Source: Candidatus Sericytochromatia bacterium (GTDB lineage: Bacteria; Cyanobacteriota; Sericytochromatia; S15B-MN24; VGJW01). Taken from it: a DNA stretch of 64,000 nt. A program made the position numbers and the translations under genes. The notes beneath the pieces are model-generated. The model searched no databases. It was not told where the DNA came from and saw only the letters and a list, made by a program, of their open reading frames with translations. Positions 1 to 10,068 of this stretch are shown here, piece by piece. The DNA is taken from NCBI GenBank assembly GCA_035285865.1, contig JAYKHS010000011.1, positions 1 through 64,000 on the forward strand, given 5' to 3'. Each line of letters opens with the position of its first letter. The first letter of the stretch is position 1.

Positions 1-41
1 AGCTTTTGCAGAGCTCTGCCTTACCACTTGGCTATGCCGCC
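1..41 (-). tRNA. tRNA-Cys(GCA), 3' part truncated by window edge
   Basis: Minus strand GGCGGCATAGCCAAGTGGTAAGGCAGAGCTCTGCAAAAGCT: D-arm with GGTAA, anticodon arm GAGCT-CT-GCA-AA-AGCT. Confidence 0.95.
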
Positions 42-47
42 GAGGAG

Positions 48-120
48 AGCGGGCGACGAGGTTCGAACTCGCGACATCAAGCTTGGGAAGCTTGCACTCT
101 ACCAACTGAGTTACGCCCGC
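48..120 (-). tRNA. tRNA-Gly(CCC), CCA not encoded
   Basis: GCGGGCGTAACTCAGTTGGTAGAGTGCAAGCTTCCCAAGCTTGATGTCGCGAGTTCGAACCTCGTCGCCCGCT: full cloverleaf, anticodon CCC, T-loop GTTCGAA, followed by CTC rather than CCA. Confidence 0.97.
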
Positions 121-138
121 AACGCCGTTGGCTCAATA

Positions 139-167
139 CTGATAGCACACGCCGCCGACCCTGTAAA
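139..167 (-). promoter_or_regulatory. Putative sigma70 promoter for the tRNA pair
   Basis: TTTACA-N17-TATCAG with TG extended -10 just upstream of tRNA-Gly. Confidence 0.5.
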
Positions 168-172
168 GGCGA

Positions 173-1018
173 TCACCCGGCACGTCGCTGCGTCCACGCC
201 ACCATCAGGGCCAGCGAGGCCCACGCATGCATCGTCACGATGCCCACATCCGCCAGCGCACGCAGGAAGGGCTCCGGCACGAACAGGAGCGGCAGCATCA
301 GGAGATCACCAAGTCCTTCGATGGTCAGGATGCCCAGCACGACGCCCGGATTCCGCCGCACGAATTCCGCGCTGTGCCCGAAGGACCGGAAAATGCCGAG
401 GCGATCGGCCACCATCGCCTGCTTCCACGCCGTCAGGAAGAGCGTGGCCAACAGGAAGACCAGCGCCAGGCCCGTCATGCACCACGCCCACGGGAGCAGG
501 GCCTCCAACTGCTCCGGCAGGGGCATCTGGTTGGAACGCAAACGATTGCGGACACCTTCGAGCAACACTTCCGAGGGCAGGGGAAAGCGCGCCGAGACCG
601 TGCGCACGACACCGCCAACCAGAACAAGCGCTCCGAGCAGCAGCATGCCGTGCCCGACAGCCATCCCCGTGAAATGACGGCCGACGCCAACCAGAAAGGC
701 CTCACCCGGGGTTTCTGGAGAGCCTGAATCATCATCCGCGCCATTCGCTTTCGCCGGGGGCGGAGCTGCGTCCTCGACCGCCTTGCCCGTCTCAGGTTGC
801 TCGGATGCGTTGGCCAAGTGGTACGCCGAGCCCATGAAGCCTGCCGTCAGCGCGAGGTGCAGCAACATCGCGGCCGTCAGCAACATGGGCTCAGGCGCAG
901 CCGCACCATCCGTGACGAGGCGCAGGGCCATGCTGCTGACGAGAAAGGGTGCAGGAAGCCAGGGAGCCTTGCGGAAGGCCTGGTTCGTCTGGTGCAGCAC
1001 GTGGGTGAGCGGTAGCAT
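173..1018 (-). CDS. Hypothetical multi-pass membrane protein
   Basis: Several hydrophobic segments; start taken at MLPLTH (uncertain). Confidence 0.7.
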   Translation of the reverse strand: MLPLTHVLHQTNQAFRKAPWLPAPFLVSSMALRLVTDGAAAPEPMLLTAAMLLHLALTAGFMGSAYHLANASEQPETGKAVEDAAPPPAKANGADDDSGSPETPGEAFLVGVGRHFTGMAVGHGMLLLGALVLVGGVVRTVSARFPLPSEVLLEGVRNRLRSNQMPLPEQLEALLPWAWCMTGLALVFLLATLFLTAWKQAMVADRLGIFRSFGHSAEFVRRNPGVVLGILTIEGLGDLLMLPLLFVPEPFLRALADVGIVTMHAWASLALMVAWTQRRAG

Positions 1019-1070
1019 GACAATCCTCTGCGATCGGGGCACGGGCCCGGACCGCTACCCCAAGCAAACC

Positions 1071-1634
1071 ATGAACGTCGTCGACGCCCTTGTCCTGGGC
1101 ACGCTGGGCCTGCAGATCCTGCGGGGCATCGCCGGTGGTTTCGTGCGTGGCTCCGTAGGTCTTGCCGCCTGGGTCCTCGGCGGTCTCCTCGCGTGGCAGG
1201 ACCCGGCCATGCTGCCTGATCTTGCGCGGGCAATCGGGATCTGGCCCTTCGGAAGTGGACCGGCTGACCGGGTATTCAGTCTCGTCGCCGTGGTTCTGAT
1301 GCTGAACCTGGTGGCCATCTTGCTCAAGTGGGCCATCCACCGTACGCCTCTGGCCGGGGTGGATCGATTGCTCGGAGCGTTCCTCGGCGCCGTGACGGGG
1401 TTGGTCATCGTGTCGATTCCCCTGCTTGCCGTGGCCCAGTTCCCGTTGATCTCCCAGATACCGGCCGTGCGCGAAACGTTGCGCCAGTCGTGGGCGGTAA
1501 CGCACCTCGAACCGCTGATCGGTGAGGTGACGGCTGCAGCCACGGGATGGATCAGTCCCGTCTCGCCGCCTGCATCCGGAACGCCGGCGCCAGTCCGGAA
1601 ACCCGCTTCCGTACCCCCTCGGCGCGGGGGATGA
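1071..1634 (+). CDS. CvpA (colicin V production) family membrane protein
   Basis: MNVVDALVL..GIAGGFVR; VDRLLGAFLGAVTG motif. Confidence 0.85.
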   Translation: MNVVDALVLGTLGLQILRGIAGGFVRGSVGLAAWVLGGLLAWQDPAMLPDLARAIGIWPFGSGPADRVFSLVAVVLMLNLVAILLKWAIHRTPLAGVDRLLGAFLGAVTGLVIVSIPLLAVAQFPLISQIPAVRETLRQSWAVTHLEPLIGEVTAAATGWISPVSPPASGTPAPVRKPASVPPRRGG

Positions 1635-2640
1635 TCAGGGTCCGCATGCCGTCGCGTACGAGACAGACTTCCTCACGGACCGGCTTCAGGCCTTGGTCCA
1701 GGCACGCTTCTCGCTTGGCCGGGTGATGGCTGGCGACGGCCACGCGGGCCGGAGCGGGGGTGTACCCCCGCAAACGTCCGAGGGCATGGGCCAGCACCGC
1801 GCCGTACAGGCCCACGTGACCGGGGTGGACCGTAAGGTGAAGCAGGTGAGCACCATCGCCGCGCAGGCGCGCGAGGACCTGCAGATGCGCCACGATGCCC
1901 CGTTCCGGGTCGTCCACGACGAAGGCAAGCGGTTCGACGTCACGCCAAGGCGCCTGAATTGGGCCTGGAACACCCACGTCGGCAACCTTGCCGAAGACCT
2001 CCGGTCGGCGGCTGTCGATCCAGCGGACAGGCGCGGGTGTCGTGATCCGCTCCAGGTCGAGAATGGACATGCGGTCCACGCCACGGACAGGGCGCCAACC
2101 GACCGGGGGCTCGACGGGACTTGCCTGTTGGACATGCTCGTCGTGCGCCTCGAAGCACGTCACTCGGGCGTAACTGCGAAAGCCTCGGTTGCGGCAGAGT
2201 CCCAGCAGCGCGTCCTGACGGACGTCGGCATGCAGGGTCACGGCTACGGCGCCTCGCTCTCCGTAATGGGCGACGAGGCCGTCCAGAAGGTTGCCGCCGA
2301 AGCCGAGGCCGCGCACGTCGGGCCTCATGACCATGCCCTCGATGTGCCAGCGACATCGGGTGCGATTTCCGGGCACGGTCCGCGCCAACCCGACAACTTC
2401 GCCCTCCTGCAGGGCAATCCAGACGTGGCCAGCCTGCCGGTCGGGTCGCGGCAGCCACTGGAGCACCTGCTGCACGGGGTCCCCGGCCACGGGCCACGAC
2501 GCAATCGCCTCGCGTTGAACGCCTGCTGCAAGCGGTTCGTGCTCGGCCACCCTCAAGAGCAAATCCCGGATGCCGGGCAAGTCGAGAACACCGGCTCGAC
2601 GCACCACGGGCCCGCGAGGGGAACCGGACGAAACGCTCAG
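1552..2640 (-). CDS. Tandem GNAT-family acetyltransferase
   Basis: Motif A MVMRPDVRGLGFGGNL, RNRGF, second degenerate GNAT (LTVHPGH); start uncertain (CTG 2640 after GGAGG, or GTG 2607). Confidence 0.75.
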   Translation of the reverse strand: MSVSSGSPRGPVVRRAGVLDLPGIRDLLLRVAEHEPLAAGVQREAIASWPVAGDPVQQVLQWLPRPDRQAGHVWIALQEGEVVGLARTVPGNRTRCRWHIEGMVMRPDVRGLGFGGNLLDGLVAHYGERGAVAVTLHADVRQDALLGLCRNRGFRSYARVTCFEAHDEHVQQASPVEPPVGWRPVRGVDRMSILDLERITTPAPVRWIDSRRPEVFGKVADVGVPGPIQAPWRDVEPLAFVVDDPERGIVAHLQVLARLRGDGAHLLHLTVHPGHVGLYGAVLAHALGRLRGYTPAPARVAVASHHPAKREACLDQGLKPVREEVCLVRDGMRTLIIPRAEGVRKRVSGLAPAFRMQAARRD

Positions 2641-2757
2641 TCTGACCTCCGGACAACACCGCGCCTCGTGGGGCGGTTCTTGACCGTGTCCCCTCGCAGG
2701 CGGATCATGACTCGGGATGGGCCCAGTGCCCTGACGGCATCCTAACGCAGGGAGGGC

Positions 2758-3225
2758 GTGGTGGGCAACGCAGACTCCCGCACGATCAGCGAACATCGGC
2801 GTGCGCGCTTCGAATACTTCGTCCTCGAGACCTTCGAAGCGGGGCTGGTCCTGACCGGAACCGAGGTCAAGTCGCTGCGCATGGGCAAGGTGACGATGTC
2901 GGATGCCTGGATACGCATCGAGGATGGTCAGGCCGCACTGCTGCAGTTGCACATTGCTCCTTATGTCCTGGGCAATCGCTACAACCACGATCCCCTGAGG
3001 CCGAGGCCGCTGCTGCTCCACAAGGCCGAGATCCGTCGCCTGTACGGGACCATCAAGCAGGATGGGCTGTCTCTCATTCCGCTGCGTCTTTATTGGAAGG
3101 GCCAGCACGCCAAGCTCGAGTTCGGCCTGTGTCGCGGAAAGAAGCTCCATGACAAGCGCGAGGCGATCGCCGGACGGGACGCGCGCCGCGAGATGGAACG
3201 CGCCCTGAAGACCCACGGTCGTTGA
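2758..3225 (+). CDS. smpB: SsrA-binding protein SmpB
   Basis: RARFEYFVLETFEAGLVLTGTEVKSLR, NHDPLRPRPLLLHK, GKKLHDKRE. Confidence 0.98.
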   Translation: MVGNADSRTISEHRRARFEYFVLETFEAGLVLTGTEVKSLRMGKVTMSDAWIRIEDGQAALLQLHIAPYVLGNRYNHDPLRPRPLLLHKAEIRRLYGTIKQDGLSLIPLRLYWKGQHAKLEFGLCRGKKLHDKREAIAGRDARREMERALKTHGR

Positions 3226-3236
3226 GCGTCCTCGCC

Positions 3237-3266
3237 TTGACCCGGTCCTCGCCGGCGCGCTAACAT
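3237..3266 (+). promoter_or_regulatory. Sigma70-type promoter of the DUF177-rpmF-fab operon
   Basis: TTGACC-N18-TAACAT. Confidence 0.6.
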
Positions 3267-3312
3267 GGGCAATCCGCCGTTGTTTCGGCGGCTTTTCTGG
3301 TGAGGCAGTTTG

Positions 3313-3807
3313 ATGGTCGTCGACGTGGCATCCCTGCATGCCGCTCCTGACAGGGAGTGGCGGGGTGCCTATCGCGAGAGCATCGAAGTGACCCCGGATA
3401 CCGGCTTGATGAAGGGGCCGGTTGTCGGGGGTCTCGTGGTCACCCTGTCGGCCGACGGCAGCACCATGGCCTTTCATGGTGACTTCCAGACGTCGATGCA
3501 GGTGGTCTGCCACTGGTGTGCGGAATCGTACGATCTCGATCTCGATGTCGTGATTGACGAAGTCTTCTCGGTCGTTCCCGAACCACCCTCCTCGACTGAG
3601 GTCGATGAGACGGTCTGGGCGCGAGGGGGGCTCGATGTCGACGATCTGGTTCGCCAACACGTGATCCTTGCGTTGCCCGCCCGACAGCATTGCGGTTGTC
3701 CGCTGCCGACGGCCCAGAACCAGCCCCCCCTCGATCCCCGCTGGCGGAAACTCGCCGACCTGGGGAATCCCCGCCCGGAGGAGACCGAAGACCATGGCAC
3801 AGCCTAA
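3313..3807 (+). CDS. yceD: DUF177/YceD family protein
   Basis: CxxC, LDVDDLVRQHVILALP, DPRWRKL; upstream of rpmF. Confidence 0.9.
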   Translation: MVVDVASLHAAPDREWRGAYRESIEVTPDTGLMKGPVVGGLVVTLSADGSTMAFHGDFQTSMQVVCHWCAESYDLDLDVVIDEVFSVVPEPPSSTEVDETVWARGGLDVDDLVRQHVILALPARQHCGCPLPTAQNQPPLDPRWRKLADLGNPRPEETEDHGTA

Positions 3808-3976
3808 AAAGAAGACCAGCAACTCCAAGCAGTGGAGCCGTCGCGCCCACTGGAAGGCCAAGGTCACCAATCTGGCCACCTGTTCGAACTGCAGCGCCAA
3901 GGTCATTCCTCACACGGTCTGCGCCGCCTGTGGTTACTACAAGGGCGAGCAGATCCTGAAGGTCGTCCAGGCCTGA
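3794..3976 (+). CDS. rpmF: 50S ribosomal protein L32 (Zn-binding form)
   Basis: MAQPKKKTSNSKQWSRRAHWK..CSNC..PHTVCAACGYYKG. Confidence 0.98.
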   Translation: MAQPKKKTSNSKQWSRRAHWKAKVTNLATCSNCSAKVIPHTVCAACGYYKGEQILKVVQA

Positions 3977-3993
3977 CGGCACTGGGTCGTCCC

Positions 3994-5046
3994 GTGACCG
4001 TCGCGCTCGACGCGATGGGTGGGGACCACGCGCCTCTCGAATGCTTTCGAGGGGCGCGGCTTGCCGTTGGTCGTGATGCTGCCCTGACGATAAGGGTGCA
4101 TGCCCGGCTCGACGTACTGGCTGCGCTGGCCTCGCCTGCGGACTCAAGGCTTGTCGGCGTTCCTGCCGGGGATGCGCCGGGCATGGATGAGGCAGCGGCG
4201 GCTGTGCGTCTTCAAGGGAGTTCGTCCGTCAACTCCTGCCTGCAGGACGTGCGCGACTCCCGTGCCGAGGCTGCCGTTTCGGCCGGATCTACCGGAGCAT
4301 TCGCGGCGGGCGCCGTGCTGACGCTCGGACGTCTCGAGGGGGTCCAGCGGCCGGCACTTGCGGCCATCGTACCGACGCTTGGCCGGCCTGCCGTGGTCCT
4401 GGACGTCGGCAGCACGGTCGACCCTCGGGCGGAATGGTTGCTGCAGTTCGCGTCCATGGGCACGGCGATGGCACGCGTGGCTCTGGACTTGCCTGAACCT
4501 GTCGTCGGCGTGCTCAACATCGGCGAGGAATCCGGCAAGGGAGACGCCAAGTCGGCCGCGCTTCACCGCGCCCTTGCGGACAAGGCTGCGTCGGGTCAGT
4601 CCCTTGGCGGAGGAGCGTGGCGCTTCGTCGGCAATGTCGAGGGTAGGGGGGTATTTCTGCCCGAGGCAGACGTGGTCGTCTGTGACGGTTTTTCCGGCAA
4701 TATTCTCCTCAAGACGGCAGAAGGCGTGGCCAGCCTCGTGGCCGCCATGATCGAGGACGGGATTCGCCAGTTGCCGTGGTGGCGGCGCGTGGCCGTAGGG
4801 CTTGGCCTTCCCGCCATTCGCGGCGTCAAACGCCGTCTGGACCCCGCCGCGCACGGGGGAGCGGTCCTGCTGGGCGTGCGCGGTCTTTGCATTGCGGCGC
4901 ATGGAAGCAGTCGGGCCGAGGCCGTGGCCTCGGCCGTGGCTCTTGCGGCGCGTGCTGCCAGAGGAGGCCTTCATCAACGTCTGGTGGACGGTCTTGCTGG
5001 TACGCCGTCCGCGGCGGCGGCCGAGATTCCGGAGGTCGAAGCCTGA
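3994..5046 (+). CDS. plsX: Phosphate acyltransferase PlsX
   Basis: VALDAMGGDHAP, VSAGSTGA, LNIGEESGKG, FVGNVEG, CDGFSGNILLK; an in-frame CTG at 3973 overlapping the rpmF stop is an alternative start. Confidence 0.95.
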   Translation: MTVALDAMGGDHAPLECFRGARLAVGRDAALTIRVHARLDVLAALASPADSRLVGVPAGDAPGMDEAAAAVRLQGSSSVNSCLQDVRDSRAEAAVSAGSTGAFAAGAVLTLGRLEGVQRPALAAIVPTLGRPAVVLDVGSTVDPRAEWLLQFASMGTAMARVALDLPEPVVGVLNIGEESGKGDAKSAALHRALADKAASGQSLGGGAWRFVGNVEGRGVFLPEADVVVCDGFSGNILLKTAEGVASLVAAMIEDGIRQLPWWRRVAVGLGLPAIRGVKRRLDPAAHGGAVLLGVRGLCIAAHGSSRAEAVASAVALAARAARGGLHQRLVDGLAGTPSAAAAEIPEVEA

Positions 5047-6068
5047 TGCATCACGTAGCCATCACGGGTGTCGGTTGTTACATGCCGACGCGTGTCGTGA
5101 CCAATCGGGATCTGGAGTCCGTCCTCGAAACCACGGACGACTGGATTGCGTCGCATACCGGCATCCGCGAGCGCCGGTTCGTCACGGACGACGTTCACCT
5201 CAGCGACATGGCCACGGTTTCGGCACGACAGGCTCTGGCCCATGCGGACGCGGACCCCTTGTCGGTCGACCTCGTCATCTGCGCCTCGAGCACACCGGAC
5301 TACCTGATGCCGGCGACCGCCGCCATGGTGGCCCATCGCATCGGTGCCGTGCGCGCTGCGGCCTTCGACATGGAGGCAGCCTGTTCCGGCTTCGCCTATG
5401 CCGTGGTGGTGGCGAGCCAGTTCATCCGTTCCGGCATGTACCGCAGGGTGCTCGTCATCGGCGGAGATCTGCTCTCCCGATTCCTGAACTGGAAGGATCG
5501 GGCCACGGCAATCCTGTTCGGAGACGGTTGCGGCGCAGCCCTGCTGGAGCGCAGCGATGTTCCGGGTATCGTGGCCGCCCGTCTGGGTGCGGACGGCAGC
5601 GGTGCGGAGCACATCGTCATTCCGCTGGGCAGTCGCGTACCGCCCGGTGACGACCCGACGCGCCATGAGGTCCGGATGAAGGGCCGAGAGGTCTATCGCT
5701 GGGCCGTCGGCCTTGTACCGCGTCTCGTGCAGGAGACCTGCGCCGAGGCGGGGTGGGAACTGCCCCAGGTCGATCACCTGGTGCTCCATCAGGCGAACCT
5801 GCGCATCCTCGAAGCCGTTGCCGAACGGCTGAGTGTGCCGATGGAGAAGCTGGTGCTCAATATCGACCGGATGGCCAACACCAGTGCCGGTACCATCGCC
5901 GTGGCGCTGGCCGAGGCTGCCGGTGCCGGAAGGTTCTCTCCCGGAGACCGGCTCGTCCTTGCAGGTTTTGGCTCGGGACTCACGTGGGCTGGCGTCGCGG
6001 TTTGCTGGACGATCACCCGGCCCCTGCCCCAACATGACCCGAGATGGTCGGAGCCCGCGCACGCATGA
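5046..6068 (+). CDS. fabH: 3-oxoacyl-ACP synthase III
   Basis: TGIRERR, AACSGF, LFGDG, HQANLRI, NTSA, GFGSGLTW. Confidence 0.97.
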   Translation: MHHVAITGVGCYMPTRVVTNRDLESVLETTDDWIASHTGIRERRFVTDDVHLSDMATVSARQALAHADADPLSVDLVICASSTPDYLMPATAAMVAHRIGAVRAAAFDMEAACSGFAYAVVVASQFIRSGMYRRVLVIGGDLLSRFLNWKDRATAILFGDGCGAALLERSDVPGIVAARLGADGSGAEHIVIPLGSRVPPGDDPTRHEVRMKGREVYRWAVGLVPRLVQETCAEAGWELPQVDHLVLHQANLRILEAVAERLSVPMEKLVLNIDRMANTSAGTIAVALAEAAGAGRFSPGDRLVLAGFGSGLTWAGVAVCWTITRPLPQHDPRWSEPAHA

Positions 6069-6997
6069 CCGCCTTTGTCTTTCCGGGACAAGGGGCGCAG
6101 TTCGTCGGCATGGGGCGCGACATGTGCGCCGAGTGGCCTGAGGCCCGCTTCGTCGTCGACACCGTCGCGGAAGTTGCCGGGGTGGATCTCTGGCGGTTGA
6201 TGCGCGAGGGTCCGGCGGAAGAGCTGATGATGACGCGACATGCCCAATTGGCCTTGCTGGCCTGTGGCGTGGCCGCAGCCCGCGTGCTCCGCAGCCTTGG
6301 CGTACCAGCCCCGGACGTGGTGGCGGGTCACTCCCTCGGGGAGTACACGGCTGTCCAGGTGGCCGGAGCCTTGGACCTCGAGACGGCGGCCCGGCTCGTC
6401 TCCATCCGTGGAGAGGCCATGGCCGCGGCTCCCGAGGGGACGATGGCCGCCGTTCTCGGCATGGATGACGTCGTCCTCGAGGACCTTTGCCGGCGCGCCC
6501 CGGAGACCGTCGTGCTGGCCAATCGGAATGCCCCGGGCCAAGCCGTTGTGTCGGGCACTCCCGGAGCCGTCGCGTGGATCGCCTCAGAGGCCCCCGCTTG
6601 CGGAGCGCGCCGTGTCGTACCCCTGCAAGTGTCCGGTGCCTTCCATTCTCCCTTGATGACGGGCGCCCTTGCCCCCTTGTCGGCGGCGCTTGACAGCGTG
6701 GCGTGGTTACCGCTGTCCTGCCCGGTCGTCCACAACGTGGATGCTTCGGCCAATGCCGATTCCAGCCTTTTGCCCGCCTTGCTCGGTAGGCAGCTGGCGG
6801 CAGGCGTGGATTGGGTGGGCTGTGTCAGGACCTTGGAAAAGATGGGTGTGACGACCTGCGTCGAGTTGGGGGCAGGAAGGACGCTTTCCGGATTGATTCG
6901 CAAGATTGCGCCCGGAATGCGGGTGCTTTCGGCCGCGACTCCTGACGAGTTGCGTGCCGTGACGGCCAACCTGCAGGCAGCCGAGGTTCCGGCGTGA
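6065..6997 (+). CDS. fabD: Malonyl-CoA:ACP transacylase
   Basis: FVFPGQGAQ, GHSLGEY, VSGAFHSPLM. Confidence 0.97.
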   Translation: MTAFVFPGQGAQFVGMGRDMCAEWPEARFVVDTVAEVAGVDLWRLMREGPAEELMMTRHAQLALLACGVAAARVLRSLGVPAPDVVAGHSLGEYTAVQVAGALDLETAARLVSIRGEAMAAAPEGTMAAVLGMDDVVLEDLCRRAPETVVLANRNAPGQAVVSGTPGAVAWIASEAPACGARRVVPLQVSGAFHSPLMTGALAPLSAALDSVAWLPLSCPVVHNVDASANADSSLLPALLGRQLAAGVDWVGCVRTLEKMGVTTCVELGAGRTLSGLIRKIAPGMRVLSAATPDELRAVTANLQAAEVPA

Positions 6998-7737
6998 CGG
7001 CGGATCGTCCGGTCGTCCTCGTGACGGGAGCCAGCCGCGGCATCGGCAGGGCGGTGGCCTTGGCCTTTGCGGCGGCAGGTCACGCCGTGGCCATCAACTA
7101 TGCGAAGTCGGCCGATGCTGCCGAAGCCGTGGTCTCGGCCGTGGTCGAGGGTGGCGGTATGGCGCGTGCCTTCGGTGCGGATATCTCACGAGGCGCGGAC
7201 GTGGATGCCCTTTTCCGTGATGTGCTCGCGTGGTCGGGGCAACGCCTCGACGTGCTGGTCAACAATGCCGGCATAACGCGCGATGGTCTGGCCGTCCGCA
7301 TGTCCGAAGAGGCGTGGGACGAGGTCCTCGACACCAACCTCAAGGGTGCCTTCCTCTGCTCTCGGGCGGCGATAAGGCCCATGATGAAGCAGCGCTCGGG
7401 CTGCATTCTCAACATCTCCAGCGTCGTCGGGCAAGACGGCCACGTGGGCCAGGCCAACTACGCCGCGTCGAAGGCCGGCATGGTCGGTCTCACCGTATCG
7501 CTTGCCAAGGAGCTGGGTTCCCGGAACATTCGGGTCAACGCCATTGCCCCCGGCTTCATTCTGTCGGACATGACCGAGAGCCTCGATCAGGCTGCCCGGG
7601 ATGTCCTGTTGCAACGTCTGCCCCTGTCGCGTTTCGGGGAACCCGCGGAAGTCGCCGATTTCTGCGTGTTCCTCGCCACGCGCGCCCCCTACGTGACCGG
7701 CCAGCTCATCCGTGTGGATGGCGGCCTGCACTTGTGA
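6994..7737 (+). CDS. fabG: 3-oxoacyl-ACP reductase
   Basis: [23 protein letters not shown]. Confidence 0.97.
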   Translation: MTADRPVVLVTGASRGIGRAVALAFAAAGHAVAINYAKSADAAEAVVSAVVEGGGMARAFGADISRGADVDALFRDVLAWSGQRLDVLVNNAGITRDGLAVRMSEEAWDEVLDTNLKGAFLCSRAAIRPMMKQRSGCILNISSVVGQDGHVGQANYAASKAGMVGLTVSLAKELGSRNIRVNAIAPGFILSDMTESLDQAARDVLLQRLPLSRFGEPAEVADFCVFLATRAPYVTGQLIRVDGGLHL

Positions 7738-7751
7738 TGGAGGAAACCCTG

Positions 7752-8012
7752 ATGTCCGAGACCGGAACCGTGAGCGGCCAGGAGCTGTTCGAGCGCATTC
7801 GCGCCATCGTCGTCGAAAAGCTCGGCGTGACTGCCGATGTCGTCACCCTCGAGGCGAGCTTCCAGGAAGATCTGGGCGCCGATTCGCTCGACACCGTCGA
7901 GCTGGTGATGGCCGTCGAAGAAGCCTTCGACCTGCAGATCCCCGATGAGGCCGCCGAGGGTCTGACGACCGTCGCAGCCGTCGTCTCTTATGTCGAGGCC
8001 AACAAGGCCTAG
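7752..8012 (+). CDS. acpP: Acyl carrier protein
   Basis: [28 protein letters not shown]. Confidence 0.98.
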   Translation: MSETGTVSGQELFERIRAIVVEKLGVTADVVTLEASFQEDLGADSLDTVELVMAVEEAFDLQIPDEAAEGLTTVAAVVSYVEANKA

Positions 8013-8069
8013 GAAACGTCCGGTGCCGGGGACGCTCAGTCGGGCCTCCCCGGCAAGGAAGCAAGGCGC

Positions 8070-9314
8070 ATGAATCGGGAACCCGTCGTCATCACCGGTC
8101 TCGGCATCGTCAGCCCTCTGGGCTCTACGGTCGAGTCTTTCTGGTCGTCCGTGACGGCAGGCCGCTCGGGCATCGGCCCGCTCACCCGGATTGACGCCTC
8201 CGATCTTCCGGTCCGTTTCGGGGGCGAGGCCCAGGGCTTCGACCCCCTGCAAGTCCTGAATGCCAAAGACGCTCGTCGCCTGACCCGGTTCATCCAGTTC
8301 GCCGTCTGGGCCTCGGTTCACGCGTGGCGGGACGCGGGTCTCGACGGAGCTTCCGTCGACTTGGATCGCGCCGGGGTCTTCATCGGATCCGGGATGGGCG
8401 CCCTCGACATGCTCGAGGACGAGCATCGCACCCTGATCGACAGGGGACCCGATCGGGTCTCGCCCTTCCTCATTCCCGGGGTCATCGTGAACATGGCCTC
8501 GGGTGTACCGGCCATGCATCTCGGCCTGCGCGGACCGAACCTGAGCCCGGTGACAGCCTGTGCGTCTGGGGCTCATGCTCTTGGCGAAGCCATGCGCACC
8601 ATCCAGCGGGGCGATGCCGACATCATCCTTGCGGGCGGTGCCGAGGCTGCCATGACGCGTCTGTCCATCGCGGGCTTCGCCTCCGCGAAGGCCCTTTCGA
8701 CGCGCAACGATGACCCCGCGGGTGCCTCGCGCCCCTTCGACCGCGGGCGCAATGGCTTCGTGATGGGGGAGGGTTCGGGCGTGCTGGTCCTTGAACGCCT
8801 GAGCCACGCCAAGGCGCGGGGCGCGAGAATTCTGGCCGAGGTGGCGGGCTACGGGGCCTCTGCCGACGCCCACCATCTGACGGCTCCTCCGCCCGAAGCA
8901 GACGGCCTGCAGCGGGCCATACGTGCCGCTTTGGCGGATGCCGGCATGAAGCCGGCGGACATCGGCTACGTCAATGCCCACGGGACCTCGACACCAGCCA
9001 ATGACAAGGCTGAGGCTGCCGGCCTGAAGGGCGTTTTCGGAGCCGCACTGGATGAGGTACCGGTTTCGTCGACCAAATCGATGACCGGCCATCTGCTGGG
9101 TGCTGCAGGGGCGGTCGAGGCTATCGCCACGGTGCTGGCCCTTCACCACGGTCTCTTGCCCCCTACCATCAACTACAGCGACCCGGACCCCGATTGCCCG
9201 CTGGACGTGATCCCCGGTGTTGCCAGGACAAAGGCCGTTCGGGCTGCGCTTTCCCAGAACATGGGCTTCGGGGGCCAGAACGCGGCCCTGGTGTTCCGCA
9301 GCCTTGCGCACTGA
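8070..9314 (+). CDS. fabF: 3-oxoacyl-ACP synthase II
   Basis: TACASG, NAHGTST, TKSMTGHLLGAAG, GFGGQN. Confidence 0.97.
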   Translation: MNREPVVITGLGIVSPLGSTVESFWSSVTAGRSGIGPLTRIDASDLPVRFGGEAQGFDPLQVLNAKDARRLTRFIQFAVWASVHAWRDAGLDGASVDLDRAGVFIGSGMGALDMLEDEHRTLIDRGPDRVSPFLIPGVIVNMASGVPAMHLGLRGPNLSPVTACASGAHALGEAMRTIQRGDADIILAGGAEAAMTRLSIAGFASAKALSTRNDDPAGASRPFDRGRNGFVMGEGSGVLVLERLSHAKARGARILAEVAGYGASADAHHLTAPPPEADGLQRAIRAALADAGMKPADIGYVNAHGTSTPANDKAEAAGLKGVFGAALDEVPVSSTKSMTGHLLGAAGAVEAIATVLALHHGLLPPTINYSDPDPDCPLDVIPGVARTKAVRAALSQNMGFGGQNAALVFRSLAH

Positions 9315-10068
9315 TCGCCTGTATCGCCCCCTGCATGACCTGCTGGCCACGCTCGGTCTGCCGGTGGAGACCGACGTTCGCCTGCTGGAGCAGGCCGTGA
9401 CGCATCCCTCCTATGCTGCCGAACATCCGGATCGCCCGCATTACGAGCGCCTGGAGTTCCTCGGGGATGCCGTCCTGAAGCAAGTCGTCGCGGAGTGGCT
9501 CGTCGAGCGCTATCCCGAGGATGCCGAGGGCATGCTGTCCAAGGTGCTGCATCGAATGGTCTCCAATGCCGAACTGGCAGAGATTGCCCAAGGCCTGGAG
9601 CTGGCCAGCTATCTGCGTCTGGGTCGGGGTGAGGATCGGACGGGGGGGCGTGAGCGCCCCAGCAACGCCGCGAGTGCCTTCGAGGCCGTGCTCGGTGCGC
9701 TCCACCTGACGGTAGGCCTCGGGGTCGTCCGCGTGCTGGTCCGACGGCTGCTTGCGGACCGCATGGCCGTGATTCACGAAGCACCGGACGCCGACAATCC
9801 CAAGGTCGTCCTCGCGGAATGGTGCCAGCGGCGCCATGGTTGCTTGCCGGAGTACCTGATCTTGCGCGAGGAGATGCTCTCGGCCTCCCAGCATCTCTTC
9901 GAGGTCGAGGTCCGCCTGCAGGGTCGTGTCATCGGCCAGGGCGAGGGGGGCAGCCGACGTGCTGCCGAACAGTCGGCTGCCCGTCGGGCACTGGAGGCCC
10001 TGGATCGGACAGCATCGGCACGTCGTGCACCCCGACGTACCCGTACAGGACGCCTGGAAACCCCATGA
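9304..10068 (+). CDS. rnc: Ribonuclease III
   Basis: YERLEFLGDAVL, FEAVLGA, C-terminal dsRBD (GEGGSRRAAEQSAA); TTG start approximate. Confidence 0.95.
   Translation: MRTDRLYRPLHDLLATLGLPVETDVRLLEQAVTHPSYAAEHPDRPHYERLEFLGDAVLKQVVAEWLVERYPEDAEGMLSKVLHRMVSNAELAEIAQGLELASYLRLGRGEDRTGGRERPSNAASAFEAVLGALHLTVGLGVVRVLVRRLLADRMAVIHEAPDADNPKVVLAEWCQRRHGCLPEYLILREEMLSASQHLFEVEVRLQGRVIGQGEGGSRRAAEQSAARRALEALDRTASARRAPRRTRTGRLETP

Noticed and set aside
1..172. tRNA pair as an integration site for an island
   Set aside because: No integrase or duplicated tRNA 3' end in the window; the downstream side lies outside it.
2640..3310. tmRNA next to smpB
   Set aside because: Intergenic gaps are too short and show no tRNA-like ssrA ends.
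1552..3906. 784-aa minus-strand ORF
   Set aside because: Only the last ~360 aa are GNAT-like; the rest is antisense shadow of smpB/yceD/rpmF.
7689..9350. Long antisense ORFs (also 29220-31145, 39417-40967, 43607-45319, 45355-46911, 51985-53817, 61901-63643)
   Set aside because: They mirror well-conserved genes on the other strand; this is the usual high-GC shadow-ORF artefact and they carry no motifs.
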